A DNA stretch of 64,000 bases from an uncultured Parcubacteria group bacterium (GCA_947084965.1 CAMTUG010000001.1:147914-211913), one strand, 5' to 3'; positions 19,983 to 30,210 are shown, counted from the first letter of the stretch. The notes: generated by a model not told the origin, from the letters alone. Numbers and translations are program-made.

Positions 19983-21007
19983 AGATGGTGCTTTGGCTGA
20001 TCGCGTTCCTGACCGTCGCTGTGTTTGCCGGGGTAGCTGTTCTTGGTTGGGCAGTGTATGAAACGGCGTTGCGCGCCCCGTCTGCAGATGCGGCTGCGCT
20101 CGCGTTTGAAATCGCTCCGGGCGAAGGGGTCAATCAGATTAGCGTCGATCTCTACGAGCAGAATTTGATCAGCAGCAAGTTTTTGTTTGAAACGTACGTC
20201 TGGGCGATCCGTTCCGAAGGGAAGATTCAGGCCGGGGTGCACGCGTTAAAACCGGGGATGAATCTGATTACCTTAACTTCTGCCTTGACCGGCGCTGCTT
20301 CAGCCGCCGAGGTGGTCGTGACCATTCCGGAAGGATACACCTTGAAGCAGATCGGCGAGGTGCTGCAGGAAAAGCTCGGCATAGATCCGATCGAATGGGC
20401 GCGAGTAACCGGCGTTGATTCACCGATCGCTCACGCCGTTGATGTGACAAGGGACAAGCCGGATGGTGTAGACCTCGAGGGGTATCTCTTCCCAGATACG
20501 TATCACTTCACCAAAGACGATACCGCTGAAGCGATCGCTCTTGAGATGATCCAGACGCTCAAACGCCGCCTGCTGGAGAACGAAATCAATGCCTATCTCG
20601 GCGACGGTGATCTGTATAACTTTCACGAACTGTTAACACTCGCTTCGATCATCGAACGTGAAGTGATGACCGATGCCGATCGGGCACAGGTGTCGGATAT
20701 CTTTCATAAGCGGCTTGAAATCGGCATGGCCCTGCAGGCAGATTCGACCGTTAACTATGTGACCGGCGGTAAAGATCCGTCGATTTCGTACGACGACACG
20801 GAACTCGACTCGCCGTATAACACGTACAAATATGCTGGTTTGCCTCCTGGGCCGATCAGTAATCCGGGCATCGCATCCATTATGGCGGCGATCCATCCAG
20901 AATCAAACGACTACTGGTTTTTCTTGACGACTCCAGACGACGGCACGGTCATCTATGCAACAACGTATGCCGAACATCTGGCCAACAAGCAGAAGTATCT
21001 TCGTTAG
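19979..21007 (+). CDS. mltG: endolytic murein transglycosylase MltG (YceG family)
   Basis: N-terminal TM. YceG motifs LASIIEREV...LQADSTVNYV...PYNTYKYAGLPPGPISNPG. The start overlaps the manC stop. Confidence 0.85.
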   Translation: MKMVLWLIAFLTVAVFAGVAVLGWAVYETALRAPSADAAALAFEIAPGEGVNQISVDLYEQNLISSKFLFETYVWAIRSEGKIQAGVHALKPGMNLITLTSALTGAASAAEVVVTIPEGYTLKQIGEVLQEKLGIDPIEWARVTGVDSPIAHAVDVTRDKPDGVDLEGYLFPDTYHFTKDDTAEAIALEMIQTLKRRLLENEINAYLGDGDLYNFHELLTLASIIEREVMTDADRAQVSDIFHKRLEIGMALQADSTVNYVTGGKDPSISYDDTELDSPYNTYKYAGLPPGPISNPGIASIMAAIHPESNDYWFFLTTPDDGTVIYATTYAEHLANKQKYLR

Positions 21008-22673
21008 CCTGATTTTACTCTTCGCTCCGCTGCAGCTGGTGCAAGCGGAAGCTTTTACCTTTGATCGATTTACGAGCGATATCACGATCAACGCCGACGG
21101 TTCGTTTGATGTCATCGAAACGATCGAGGTCAACTTCGCCGAAGAGCGCCACGGGATCTATCGGGCGATCCCGACACGCTATACGGTCGACGAGGCGACC
21201 GATCGGTTGATCGGGGTGTCAGAAGTCAGTGTGACAGACGCCCTTGGCAATGACGTTGAGGCCTTGATTACTGACGACGGTTGGCTCAATATCCGCATCG
21301 GCTCGCCGGACGTGACCGTGATCGGCGCCCAGACGTACGTCATCAGCTACCAGGTCGATGGTGCATTATTGCGATTTGATACGTTTGATGAATTGTATTG
21401 GAACGTTACCGGCAGTGAGTGGGATGCACCGCCAACGCAGGTCACCGCCCGGATCCATCTTCCTGATGCCTTGGCTGTGGCGGGGGCAGAGCTCATGCCC
21501 TATTGTTATACCGGATCGTACGCATCAACGGCTTCGGATTGCTTGATCGATCTGCAGCCCCAGCTGATCACCATGACCACAGAGAACAACTTTTTGACCG
21601 TTGCGCTCGGATGGCCGCAAGGAACGATCGGGTACCAAGAGCCAGAGTTTGTTGCTCCTGTTGTGAGTGAGTCGTTGTATGGTGGGCGCACGACAGGGCA
21701 GATGTTATGGGTTTTTGCGACGAGTTTAATCGTCCCGATCATCACCTTTATGTACGTGCTTCGTTATTGGCGACGGCACGGGAAGGATCCAAAAGGGCGC
21801 GGGACGATCGTACCCGAATATGATCCACCAAAAGGGATCAAGCCTTCTGAGCTTGGGATCGTTTTTGATAATAGTTTGTCGCCGAGCGAAATGAGCGCGG
21901 CGATCGTGGATTTGGCGGTGCGCGGGCATCTGTTGATTAAAGAAGTGACCGTTGAGCGTTTTGGTCCAGACAAGCAGACGTACGAATTAGAAAAGCGCAC
22001 CAGCGATGACCCGCTGCGCGACTGGGAGAAGTTGTTACTTGAGGCGATCTTTGTGGGAGAAGAGACCACCGTTTCAGAAAGTACGCTCGTTTCGCGATTG
22101 CCCGAAAAGCGATCGGCGATCGAAGATGCGTTGTATGAAACCGTCGTCAAGGACGGATATTATCTGAAGAATCCAAAACAGGTGCGGATAGCATGGATCG
22201 TGATCGGCGGGATTCTGATTTTTATCGGTGGCGGCATCCTTCCGATTATCGGAGCTTCACTTTTTCCAACGGGGATCATTCTGATCGTCTTCGGATGGTT
22301 AATGCCGAAGCGTACGGAGCTCGGGGTGAAAACGATGGAACAGGCTAAGGGGTTCAAGATGTTTTTGGAGACAGCAGAAAAGTATCGTCTCGAGTGGCAG
22401 GAGAAAGAAGGGATTTTTGAGAAGTTCCTGCCGTTCGCCATGGTTTTCGGGGTTTCACAAAAGTGGGCCAAGGCGTTTGCTACGATCCATGCGACACAAT
22501 CGACCCCGGCGTGGTACGTTGGCACCCACGCGTTCAGTCCTGTGCTTTTCGCCGACTCGATGGAGAGCATCAACAAGTCGTTTGCGACGGCGATGGCCCC
22601 GATGTCATCTGGTTCTGGTGGTGGCGGGTCCTCCGGCGGAGGGTTCGGTGGGGGTGGGGGAGGATCCTGGTAA
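20955..22673 (+). CDS. DUF2207-like membrane protein with Gly-rich C-terminus
   Basis: Signal peptide, extracytoplasmic domain, TM helices around a cytoplasmic loop, and a C-terminal GGGGSSGGGFGGGGGGSW tail typical of DUF2207. Confidence 0.6.
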   Translation: MQQRMPNIWPTSRSIFVSLILLFAPLQLVQAEAFTFDRFTSDITINADGSFDVIETIEVNFAEERHGIYRAIPTRYTVDEATDRLIGVSEVSVTDALGNDVEALITDDGWLNIRIGSPDVTVIGAQTYVISYQVDGALLRFDTFDELYWNVTGSEWDAPPTQVTARIHLPDALAVAGAELMPYCYTGSYASTASDCLIDLQPQLITMTTENNFLTVALGWPQGTIGYQEPEFVAPVVSESLYGGRTTGQMLWVFATSLIVPIITFMYVLRYWRRHGKDPKGRGTIVPEYDPPKGIKPSELGIVFDNSLSPSEMSAAIVDLAVRGHLLIKEVTVERFGPDKQTYELEKRTSDDPLRDWEKLLLEAIFVGEETTVSESTLVSRLPEKRSAIEDALYETVVKDGYYLKNPKQVRIAWIVIGGILIFIGGGILPIIGASLFPTGIILIVFGWLMPKRTELGVKTMEQAKGFKMFLETAEKYRLEWQEKEGIFEKFLPFAMVFGVSQKWAKAFATIHATQSTPAWYVGTHAFSPVLFADSMESINKSFATAMAPMSSGSGGGGSSGGGFGGGGGGSW

Positions 22674-22683
22674 AAATCACTTT

Positions 22684-23346
22684 ATGCGTACGCTTATTCT
22701 GACGTCAGACGGACTGTCCCCAGAAATCGCCAAAGAACTTTTCTCCTTGCTAGGTAAAAAACCGGAAGAAGTTAAGCTCGGCTTTGTTGCAAACGCAATC
22801 GATCCAGATATCCAAAAACCAGAATCAGCTGTGTACCTTCTTCAGGAACGCGCGTCGTTCGAAGTGATTGGGATTCAAGATGTGATCGATGTGGATCTGC
22901 GCATTAAGGAAGATTTGGCAAAACTGGATGACTGCGACGTGGTTTATGTTGGTGGAGGGAATACGTTTTATCTTTTGAAGTTGATGCGCGACAGTGGGTT
23001 TGATAAGAAAATCAAAGAGCTGCTTTCGAACGACAAGATGTACGTCGGGGTCAGCGCCGGATCGATCGTGATGGGCACGAGCATTGAAACGGCAGGAGTT
23101 GGGCCGGCTGCGGATGCGAACGACGTAAAGTTGGAGGATCCACGTGGATTGCGTCACGTTCCGTTCATGGTCGCACCGCATCTGACGGCAGCCGAAAAGA
23201 TTTATTACGACCAGTTTGCGCGCACCCGCCAGCTGCGTCCGATCGTCGGGATCGAAGACGGGATGGCGATCATTTGCGAAGGGGATCGCTACCGCATCGT
23301 CGGTCCGGGAAAAGTACTCACCTGGCACAGCAAGTTATTCCGTTAG
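22684..23346 (+). CDS. S51-family peptidase (dipeptidase E-like)
   Basis: MRTLILTSDG... start and VGVSAGSIV nucleophile motif. Internal Met start of the 22417 ORF. Confidence 0.75.
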   Translation: MRTLILTSDGLSPEIAKELFSLLGKKPEEVKLGFVANAIDPDIQKPESAVYLLQERASFEVIGIQDVIDVDLRIKEDLAKLDDCDVVYVGGGNTFYLLKLMRDSGFDKKIKELLSNDKMYVGVSAGSIVMGTSIETAGVGPAADANDVKLEDPRGLRHVPFMVAPHLTAAEKIYYDQFARTRQLRPIVGIEDGMAIICEGDRYRIVGPGKVLTWHSKLFR

Positions 23347-23347
23347 T

Positions 23348-23617
23348 ATGCGACACGAAAAGAAAGTTTGGCCGGAATATTTTCAACGCATTGTCGATGG
23401 TACGAAGCGTTACGAATTACGGTTGGCGGACTGGGACTGCAACTCGGGCGACGAACTTGTCCTGAAAGAGTGGGATCCGCATACGAAGCAGTACACCGGA
23501 CGCGAGCTCGTCAAGTCGGTCACCTACGTCATGCGCACCAAAGATCCTGCTCATGAGAAGTTCTGGCCCAAAGATGAGATTGAAAAGCACGGGTTCCAGA
23601 TTATATCGTTTGAATAG
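23348..23617 (+). CDS. DUF3850/ASCH-like small protein
   Basis: MRHEKKVWPEYFQRIVDGTKRYELRLADWDCNSGDELVLKEWDP matches the DUF3850 pattern. Confidence 0.65.
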   Translation: MRHEKKVWPEYFQRIVDGTKRYELRLADWDCNSGDELVLKEWDPHTKQYTGRELVKSVTYVMRTKDPAHEKFWPKDEIEKHGFQIISFE

Positions 23618-23762
23618 GTGTTAGGAATCGATGGCACGATTATCTGTCGATAACCCCGGTGAAGTTTTGTTTTTTACTACTTGTTGTCAGAAAAAGTTAA
23701 CAACAGGGAGGATTGACGCGGGGTACTTTTTGAGGTAGCGTGGGAGGACGGTAACATTTTTT

Positions 23763-24194
23763 ATGAATCACATCTCGGAGGAAAAGTTTGTGGCAAGCAT
23801 GCAGGGGGTAGAAAACCGCTTTCAGCAGATGGATAACCGTTTTGAGCAAATCGATAATCGCTTTCAGCTGGTGGATAACCGTTTTCAACAGGTGGACAAA
23901 CGATTCGAACAAATCGATAACCGTTTTCAACAGGTGGATAATCGTTTACAGCAGGTTGATAAGCGTTTTGAGCAGGTTGATAAGCGTTTAGACACGCTCG
24001 AGTTTCAGGTAAAGGGATTGAGAGACGATATTCGACAGGTTGAGGATAAGATGGACGTTAAGTTCGATACGATCATCAACATGCTCGATCGAGACACCCG
24101 ATGGAAAACGGACACCGAAGCTGAGGTTGCTGCGGCCCATGCGAGAATCGATCGTGTCGAAGTGCAACTTGCGCTCAAGCCAACGACGCCATAA
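23763..24194 (+). CDS. heptad-repeat coiled-coil protein (8x [I/V]D[N/K]RF[E/Q]Q)
   Basis: 21-bp tandem DNA repeats at about 23818-23985 encode MDNRFEQ IDNRFQL VDNRFQQ VDKRFEQ ... Confidence 0.55.
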   Translation: MNHISEEKFVASMQGVENRFQQMDNRFEQIDNRFQLVDNRFQQVDKRFEQIDNRFQQVDNRLQQVDKRFEQVDKRLDTLEFQVKGLRDDIRQVEDKMDVKFDTIINMLDRDTRWKTDTEAEVAAAHARIDRVEVQLALKPTTP

Positions 24195-24261
24195 GGATGC
24201 CTGGGTTACGAGGTTTTTGGCGGGGTCAGTGACCCTGCTTTGTGTTATAATCATCGGGCAT

Positions 24262-26388
24262 ATGAAGGAATTTATGCTCTCGGGCGGAGCTCCGGACGTG
24301 CCCAAGATTGATTACCAAAACGAGCTAAACGCAGAGCAGCTCGAAGTGGTGTTGAACGGCGATGGGCCGTGTTTGGTATTGGCCGGAGCGGGTTCGGGGA
24401 AGACACGGACGATCACGTATCGCGTGGCCTATTTGCTCGAGCAAGGGGTGCGACCAGATGAGATTCTGCTTTTGACCTTCACCAACAAGGCGGCCAAAGA
24501 GATGATGGAGCGCATCACCCACTTGCTCGGGTCGGTGCCGTACGGACTGTGGGGCGGGACGTTCCATTCGATCGGGAACCGCATTTTGCGTCAGTATGCC
24601 AACGTCATCGGCTACCAATCGAACTTCACGATCATGGATCACGATGATTCTGTGGATCTGGTGAAGATCGTCATTAAGGATTTAAAGATTGATACCAAGG
24701 AGAAGCGTTTTCCTTCGGCCGCCGTCGTACACGCGATTATTTCGTATAGTCGCAACGCCAAGATGTCGATCGAAGAAACGGTCGAGACGAAGTACTCTCA
24801 ATTTGTTGATGACAGTTCGACGATCGCGCGGATCGCGGCGCAGTATGAATCGCGCAAGCGCACCGGGAACACGATGGACTTTGATGACTTGTTGTTGCTC
24901 CTCGCTGATCTTTTAGCCACAAATCCACAAGTAAAAAATGCGCTTGCGACACGATTCCGCTATGTGTTGGTGGATGAGTATCAGGATACGAACGTGATTC
25001 AGGCGCGGCTAGTCAATGATCTCTCGAGTGTGCATCGCAATCTGCTCGTGGTCGGCGACGACGCTCAGTCGATCTATTCCTTCCGGGCGGCAGAGATCAG
25101 AAATATTTTAGGATTTCCGAACGCCCACTCGGGGGCCAAGACGTTCCGTCTGGAGACAAACTATCGTTCCACGCCAGAAATTTTGTCCCTGGCCAACTCG
25201 ATCATCGAACAGAACACGGACCAGTTTTCTAAAGAGTTGATCGCGGTGCGTGACGCATTTGAAAAACCAAACTTGATTCCAACGTCAGACACGCGCCAAG
25301 AGGCGCAGTACATTAGCGAGCAGATCGTCCAGATGATCGATAAGGGGATGCCGCTTTCTGAAATTGCCGTCTTGTTCCGCGCCGCGCATCACTCGCAAGC
25401 ATTAGAAATGGAGCTGTCGCGCCGCAACATTCCGTACGAGTTCCGCGGTGGGATGAAGTTTTTTGAACGCGCGCATATCAAGGACGTGGTTTCTTACATT
25501 CGTTTGATCGCTAACCCCAAAGACGGGATGGCTTGGATCCGTGTGCTGTCGCATCAGGTTGGAATTGGGGCGGTGACCGCGACCAAGATTATGGAGGTGA
25601 TGCAGAATTTTGAATCGATCGCTCAGGCGCTCGAAGCGGATTCAACGGGGTTCGTGCCAGGGCGCAGTTCGTCTGGCTGGCGATCCCTGACATCCGTCCT
25701 CAACTCGATGCACAAAACGGATCGCCAGCCGTCGTCGTTGATTCGCATTGTCGCTACCTCTGCCTATCAAGATTACTTGAACGCCGAGTATCCAAATGCG
25801 GCGGAGCGGTTGGAAGATATCGAACAGTTCGCCATTTTTTCAGAGCAATATTCTGACCTGTCGCAATTCTTGGAAGAAGTTTCACTTAAAGACGACTACG
25901 GCGCGGTGCAAGAAGAGGGTGGATACAAAGAAGAGCGGATGATTCTGTCGACGATTCATCAGGCTAAGGGACTTGAGTGGAACGCGGTTTTTGTGATGAA
26001 CTTGACCGACGGAGCCTTCCCGCATCCTCGGGCACTCAGTGAAGCGGGAGGGATCGAGGAAGAACGTCGCTTGTTCTATGTCGCCACCACGCGCGCGCGC
26101 AAGCATCTCTTTCTCACGTATCCAATTACCAGCGGGTATGAAACAATGGAGGTGCGCCAGCCGTCAATGTTCCTCGACGAGTTACCAAAAGGGTTGCTTG
26201 AGGAGGTGCGCGTCAAACGTCCGGCCGCGTCCTATCTTTCTTCACCTCGCGATTTGGGATCAAAAAGTCGTTGGGGGGAGAGTAGTGATGAGGAGTATGA
26301 CGAACCGACGATCGTTCTTGATGGGATGGGGGAGGTAAAGAAGGCTCCGCCGCGGACCGGGTTTTTGCGTTCTATCGATGAATTATGA
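24262..26388 (+). CDS. UvrD/PcrA-family ATP-dependent DNA helicase
   Basis: Walker A (AGAGSGKTRTI), DEYQDTN, and SF1 motifs through TIHQAKGLEW / YVATTRAR. Confidence 0.9.
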   Translation: MKEFMLSGGAPDVPKIDYQNELNAEQLEVVLNGDGPCLVLAGAGSGKTRTITYRVAYLLEQGVRPDEILLLTFTNKAAKEMMERITHLLGSVPYGLWGGTFHSIGNRILRQYANVIGYQSNFTIMDHDDSVDLVKIVIKDLKIDTKEKRFPSAAVVHAIISYSRNAKMSIEETVETKYSQFVDDSSTIARIAAQYESRKRTGNTMDFDDLLLLLADLLATNPQVKNALATRFRYVLVDEYQDTNVIQARLVNDLSSVHRNLLVVGDDAQSIYSFRAAEIRNILGFPNAHSGAKTFRLETNYRSTPEILSLANSIIEQNTDQFSKELIAVRDAFEKPNLIPTSDTRQEAQYISEQIVQMIDKGMPLSEIAVLFRAAHHSQALEMELSRRNIPYEFRGGMKFFERAHIKDVVSYIRLIANPKDGMAWIRVLSHQVGIGAVTATKIMEVMQNFESIAQALEADSTGFVPGRSSSGWRSLTSVLNSMHKTDRQPSSLIRIVATSAYQDYLNAEYPNAAERLEDIEQFAIFSEQYSDLSQFLEEVSLKDDYGAVQEEGGYKEERMILSTIHQAKGLEWNAVFVMNLTDGAFPHPRALSEAGGIEEERRLFYVATTRARKHLFLTYPITSGYETMEVRQPSMFLDELPKGLLEEVRVKRPAASYLSSPRDLGSKSRWGESSDEEYDEPTIVLDGMGEVKKAPPRTGFLRSIDEL

Positions 26389-26939
26389 ATCCACACTACA
26401 AGCGCTATCGCGGGGGCGGGGGGAGTCATCACGCTTCAAAGTCATGGCTCGGACTCGGGGTATTAGTGCTCGGGGTGTTTCTCACGTTTGGCGGGATCGT
26501 TTGGTTTCGTAAATCAGCTGATCAGTTGGAGATCGGTGGAGAGGATGATTCGACATCAACGACTGGGATAGAAGTTCGGGATGAGACGGCACCGACGCGC
26601 CGTTCGCGCGAAGAGGTGCTGTTAACCGATACTGCCGGAGGATCGCAGACGATCGTTAGCCGGGAAATCGAAGATCGCGTTTTTCGCTTGGCGATCGTCT
26701 CGCATTTGAGCGATCCGCCCGTGGGGCAATTCTACGAAGGGTGGTTGTTACGCGAAGATCCATTTGATTTTTTCTCGGCTGGTGCGATGGTCAAAAATGC
26801 GGACGGCACCTACGCTCTGGTGTGGGAAGGTCCGCGCGGAAAAGATTTCGCTGATTTCACGAACATCATCATTACCCGAGAATTACCGGACGGAGATTCA
26901 GCGCCGTCTTCGGTGCATGTGCTCGAAGGGTCTTTTTAA
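26385..26939 (+). CDS. hypothetical single-pass membrane protein (anti-sigma-K RskA-like C-domain?)
   Basis: TM at residues 20-40. C-domain ...DPPVGQFYEGWLL...DGTYALVWEG resembles RskA C-terminal domains; weak. Confidence 0.4.
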   Translation: MNPHYKRYRGGGGSHHASKSWLGLGVLVLGVFLTFGGIVWFRKSADQLEIGGEDDSTSTTGIEVRDETAPTRRSREEVLLTDTAGGSQTIVSREIEDRVFRLAIVSHLSDPPVGQFYEGWLLREDPFDFFSAGAMVKNADGTYALVWEGPRGKDFADFTNIIITRELPDGDSAPSSVHVLEGSF

Positions 26940-26942
26940 TCT

Positions 26943-28259
26943 ATGGAGTCGGTCCGTGCCCAACATCTCGAACGCAACTGGGACAAGAACGACGCCCAGT
27001 ATTTCGTTACGTTTTTAGCCGATCGGTTTTATCCGTTGAACGAACGATTCGCACGGGCATTTGAAAAACGTTTCGGCGGGGTGTGGAAACCGATCTATAT
27101 TCTGTCTGGCATGCCAAATGAACTTTTTCGCCCCGAGAACTTTTTGATCGTCAATCGTCAACATCATCCGGGAACGGTCTGTCTGCAAGATTACGAAGAT
27201 CAGAATGTCGAGTTTTCAACTTCGCCAAAGGTGAAGAAGATGCTGAAGACGCTTCTTAAAAAGCAAGGCCGTTTGTTTATCGTTCCGTTCACCGCGTCGC
27301 ATCTGACGATCAAGATGTCCGGCCTCACCGTGATCGCTCCACGAGCAGACTTGGCCAAGAAGTACGACAACAAGATCGAGCATATAAAACTTTTCGAGCG
27401 CCTCGGTGTGGCAACACATCGCTATGCCATTTTCAAAAACGCCGATGATCTGCGTCGCCACGCACCTCATTTGCCAGCGTGTTATCTGTCTGCTCCGTTC
27501 ACGAGCGGTGGGGCAGAGGCCGGGTTTGTTTATGGGCCGGCTGACGTTGAGAAGTTTCTTACCTCACTACGCGAAGTGAATGCCAAAGGGGCGATCCTCG
27601 CCACGCGGATCGTTAAAGATATCATCCTTGCTCCGAACGTCAATGCGATTGTGCTTGGCAAAGATAAGGTCGAGGTGATTGCTGTCGCTGATCAGGTGCT
27701 CCACGGCAACGCCTACCTCGGCAACATCTATCCGAGCAAAGCGAGTAAAGCGATGCGTGCGAAGATGATCGAAGCGACCAAGATCGTCGGACGTTATCTT
27801 TCGCGCCTCGGCTATCGTGGATTATTTGGTATTGATTTTTTGATCGATCGCAAGGGAGGAATGTACGCCACGGATTTGAATCCGCGCCGACAAGGTGGGT
27901 ATTTCTGCAACGTGCTTATGTCGAAGAAAGTTGATTTAGTTGATCTTGAAGTTGCTGTGGCACTGGGCGAGAAGATTCCTGCAATTACAATGAAGGACTT
28001 TCAGTGTGCGTTTGCTTGGGGGCATTCAAAGATTAAACCGCACGGAAAGGCGCGGAAGATCAGAAAAGTTTTAAAGAATGGCGACGCCGAGGATCCGTTT
28101 CATGAAGTGGGGGCGGAGTTTTCAGCGATCTTTTATGAGAAGGATTCTGTGATGGAGTCGGGGAGTGCTGGGTATTATGTGGTGAGTGGGAAGTCGCGTT
28201 CGACTGTTGCAAAGAAAACGGAATTGGAACCAGAGAGGATTTTGAAACGGGTTTTTTAA
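26943..28259 (+). CDS. ATP-grasp superfamily enzyme of unknown specificity
   Basis: C-terminal ATP-grasp motifs (GLFGIDFLIDRKGGMYATDLNPRRQG). No recognisable substrate or precursor-peptide gene nearby. Confidence 0.55.
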   Translation: MESVRAQHLERNWDKNDAQYFVTFLADRFYPLNERFARAFEKRFGGVWKPIYILSGMPNELFRPENFLIVNRQHHPGTVCLQDYEDQNVEFSTSPKVKKMLKTLLKKQGRLFIVPFTASHLTIKMSGLTVIAPRADLAKKYDNKIEHIKLFERLGVATHRYAIFKNADDLRRHAPHLPACYLSAPFTSGGAEAGFVYGPADVEKFLTSLREVNAKGAILATRIVKDIILAPNVNAIVLGKDKVEVIAVADQVLHGNAYLGNIYPSKASKAMRAKMIEATKIVGRYLSRLGYRGLFGIDFLIDRKGGMYATDLNPRRQGGYFCNVLMSKKVDLVDLEVAVALGEKIPAITMKDFQCAFAWGHSKIKPHGKARKIRKVLKNGDAEDPFHEVGAEFSAIFYEKDSVMESGSAGYYVVSGKSRSTVAKKTELEPERILKRVF

Positions 28260-28361
28260 TCATCGCCGAGAGGTTGGGGTACTTAAAAACATCTTTTACA
28301 ACTCGTTTGAATACATAATGTCGTCAAACGAAGTGTAAATGTACTTTTTGAGACACCCAAC

Positions 28362-29588
28362 CTACAACTCGTGATCGTAATGCCAGCCGCTGGAACGCGT
28401 TTTGAACTCGACTCCTAAGAGAGAGGCGCGTGTCCACGACCCTGATCCATACCGGGACTGAATTTTATCCAAGGCAGAAGTTGCGCTGAGCAATCTCTGT
28501 TCTTTTTTAAACAATGATCGCGCTTCAGCACCAGTGCAAAGCTGGCTGGCGGTGATGCCGATCAGGCGCACAGGGTGATCGAGATCGTTTTTGATTAAAC
28601 TCCAACCGATCTCGGCCAGTTTGGCGCCGTCGGACGTTGGTTCAGCAAAGCGATGCTCGCGGCCAAATCCGCCCAAGTCGCCGAAGCGTACGTAGGCAGA
28701 AACAGAACGAGCGACAAGTCCGTCTCGGCGCAATCGCCAAGCGACTTTGTCGGCGAGTGCCAGCAGTTGCCGCTTAATATCGCGCGGGTCATCTAAATCA
28801 CGCGGCATCGTATACGAATGACCAACAGATTTCGGTGCTGCCTCGCTACTGGCAACAGGGGAGTCGTCGCGACCAAAGGCCGCCTCATGTAACCACCAGC
28901 CCCAACTTTTAAACTCTTGTACCAGGAGCTCGCGCGGATAGCGGCGCAATTGTTCAACAGTAAAAATGCCCAGATCGGCCAGATGCTCCTGTGTGCGCCG
29001 GCCGATTCCGGAGATATCCTCAAGTTCGCAAGATCCAACAAAGTCGAGCACCGCTTCTGGCCGCACAACGGTTAGGCCGTTTGGTTTGTGGGAGCCAGCA
29101 GCGAGTTTAGCGATTAACTTATTCGGCCCGATGCCAACCGACGCCGTAATTCGTTCACCGCACTCTTCTGCCAATCGCGCACGAATCGTCTGGGCCAGCA
29201 TCATTGCTCCAAAGTAGTCACGTGCGGCGTGGGTGACATCAAGATAGCTTTCGTCTACGCTCGCTGGCTCAACCTGGTCCGTATAGTCGCGATAAATCGC
29301 ATTGAACCGAGCGGTAATCTCGGAATACTTTTCTGGATCTCCCGGAATAATAATCAAAGAAGGACAGATGCGTCGTGCTTCCCAGGTCGACATTGCTGTT
29401 TTCACTCCAAGCCGTTTGGCTTCAACAGATGCTGTAGCCACGATCGTGCGTTGGGCCTGATCCGCTCGTGAAGGATCAAAACTCTTGCCACTGACCCCAA
29501 TCGGCTTGCCACGCAAAAACGGATTCGCTTGCTGTTCAACGCTCGCGAAGTACGAGTTCATGTCGATGTGCATGATGATGCGATCCAT
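28362..29588 (-). CDS. dinB: DNA polymerase IV (Y-family)
   Basis: IMHIDMNSYFASVE, SVDESYLDV and other UmuC/DinB motifs. Confidence 0.9.
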   Translation of the reverse strand: MDRIIMHIDMNSYFASVEQQANPFLRGKPIGVSGKSFDPSRADQAQRTIVATASVEAKRLGVKTAMSTWEARRICPSLIIIPGDPEKYSEITARFNAIYRDYTDQVEPASVDESYLDVTHAARDYFGAMMLAQTIRARLAEECGERITASVGIGPNKLIAKLAAGSHKPNGLTVVRPEAVLDFVGSCELEDISGIGRRTQEHLADLGIFTVEQLRRYPRELLVQEFKSWGWWLHEAAFGRDDSPVASSEAAPKSVGHSYTMPRDLDDPRDIKRQLLALADKVAWRLRRDGLVARSVSAYVRFGDLGGFGREHRFAEPTSDGAKLAEIGWSLIKNDLDHPVRLIGITASQLCTGAEARSLFKKEQRLLSATSALDKIQSRYGSGSWTRASLLGVEFKTRSSGWHYDHEL

Positions 29589-29716
29589 AAGGGAGTGGAT
29601 AGTGATATCGACGGAGGAGGTTCGAGCTGACGAGTTCTCTTTTCGCGCGCAGCCCTTATCCTTTCTTCGGGGTCGAGCACGAAAAGAGTGTCAGCGAGAC
29701 CGAGTACGGCGATATC

Positions 29717-29965
29717 TTATCCATCACAATACATTTCGGTTAATCGCCACTCGAGCAATTCTGGATCCAGTTTTAACTTAAACGCGTTGGCATCATCAGA
29801 GACAGAGAAGTAGAATAAACGCTTCGTCCCTTCGCGGCCAGGGTGCACCAGGTTCACATGCTTAATGTCATACATCTGGTTTTGCCAACGCATCTTCAGC
29901 GGCCGCACGCGGTTTTTGGTGAACGTGACGATCACGTCCACCGGGTCGTTCAAAAACGTGTGCAT
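29717..29965 (-). CDS. hypothetical small protein in the lexA-dinB operon
   Basis: 82-aa ORF co-oriented between lexA and dinB, ending 129 nt upstream of the dinB start. No known motif. Confidence 0.45.
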   Translation of the reverse strand: MHTFLNDPVDVIVTFTKNRVRPLKMRWQNQMYDIKHVNLVHPGREGTKRLFYFSVSDDANAFKLKLDPELLEWRLTEMYCDG

Positions 29966-29966
29966 A

Positions 29967-30158
29967 TTAAATGTGCGCTAAGATCCCGCGGACGATCTGC
30001 TTAAACTTGCGGCGGCTGGTGTGTACCCGCAGCATCTTGCGCGCATGTTGAATCCGGCGCAGGGACTTGGTTGGCATGAACGAAACGGTCGAACCGTAGT
30101 AGCGAAGAATGGCTTCAGACATAGAGTTTTGTATAGGCGGGGCCACTGCGCCCCGCAT
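29967..30158 (-). CDS. hypothetical small basic protein in the lexA-dinB operon (true start probably the internal Met at 30122)
   Basis: 51-63 aa, Arg/Lys-rich. The first 12 codons of the long form overlap the family-B hairpin repeat. Confidence 0.35.
   Translation of the reverse strand: MRGAVAPPIQNSMSEAILRYYGSTVSFMPTKSLRRIQHARKMLRVHTSRRKFKQIVRGILAHI
30126..30152 (-). repeat. GC-hairpin repeat, family B, copy 2 (inverted orientation)
   Basis: Minus-strand reading GCGGGGCGCAGTGGCCCCGCCTATAC, downstream of lexA. Confidence 0.65.
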
Positions 30159-30210
30159 GAGTTAACAAATTTAATCAACCGTACATGGGCGTACCTTTGC
30201 CTCCGTTGAA

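Noticed and set aside
22600-22673. Gly-rich GGGGSSGGGFGGGGGGSW stretch as a separate small gene or low-complexity artefact
   Set aside because: In frame with, and typical of the C-terminus of, DUF2207-type membrane proteins.
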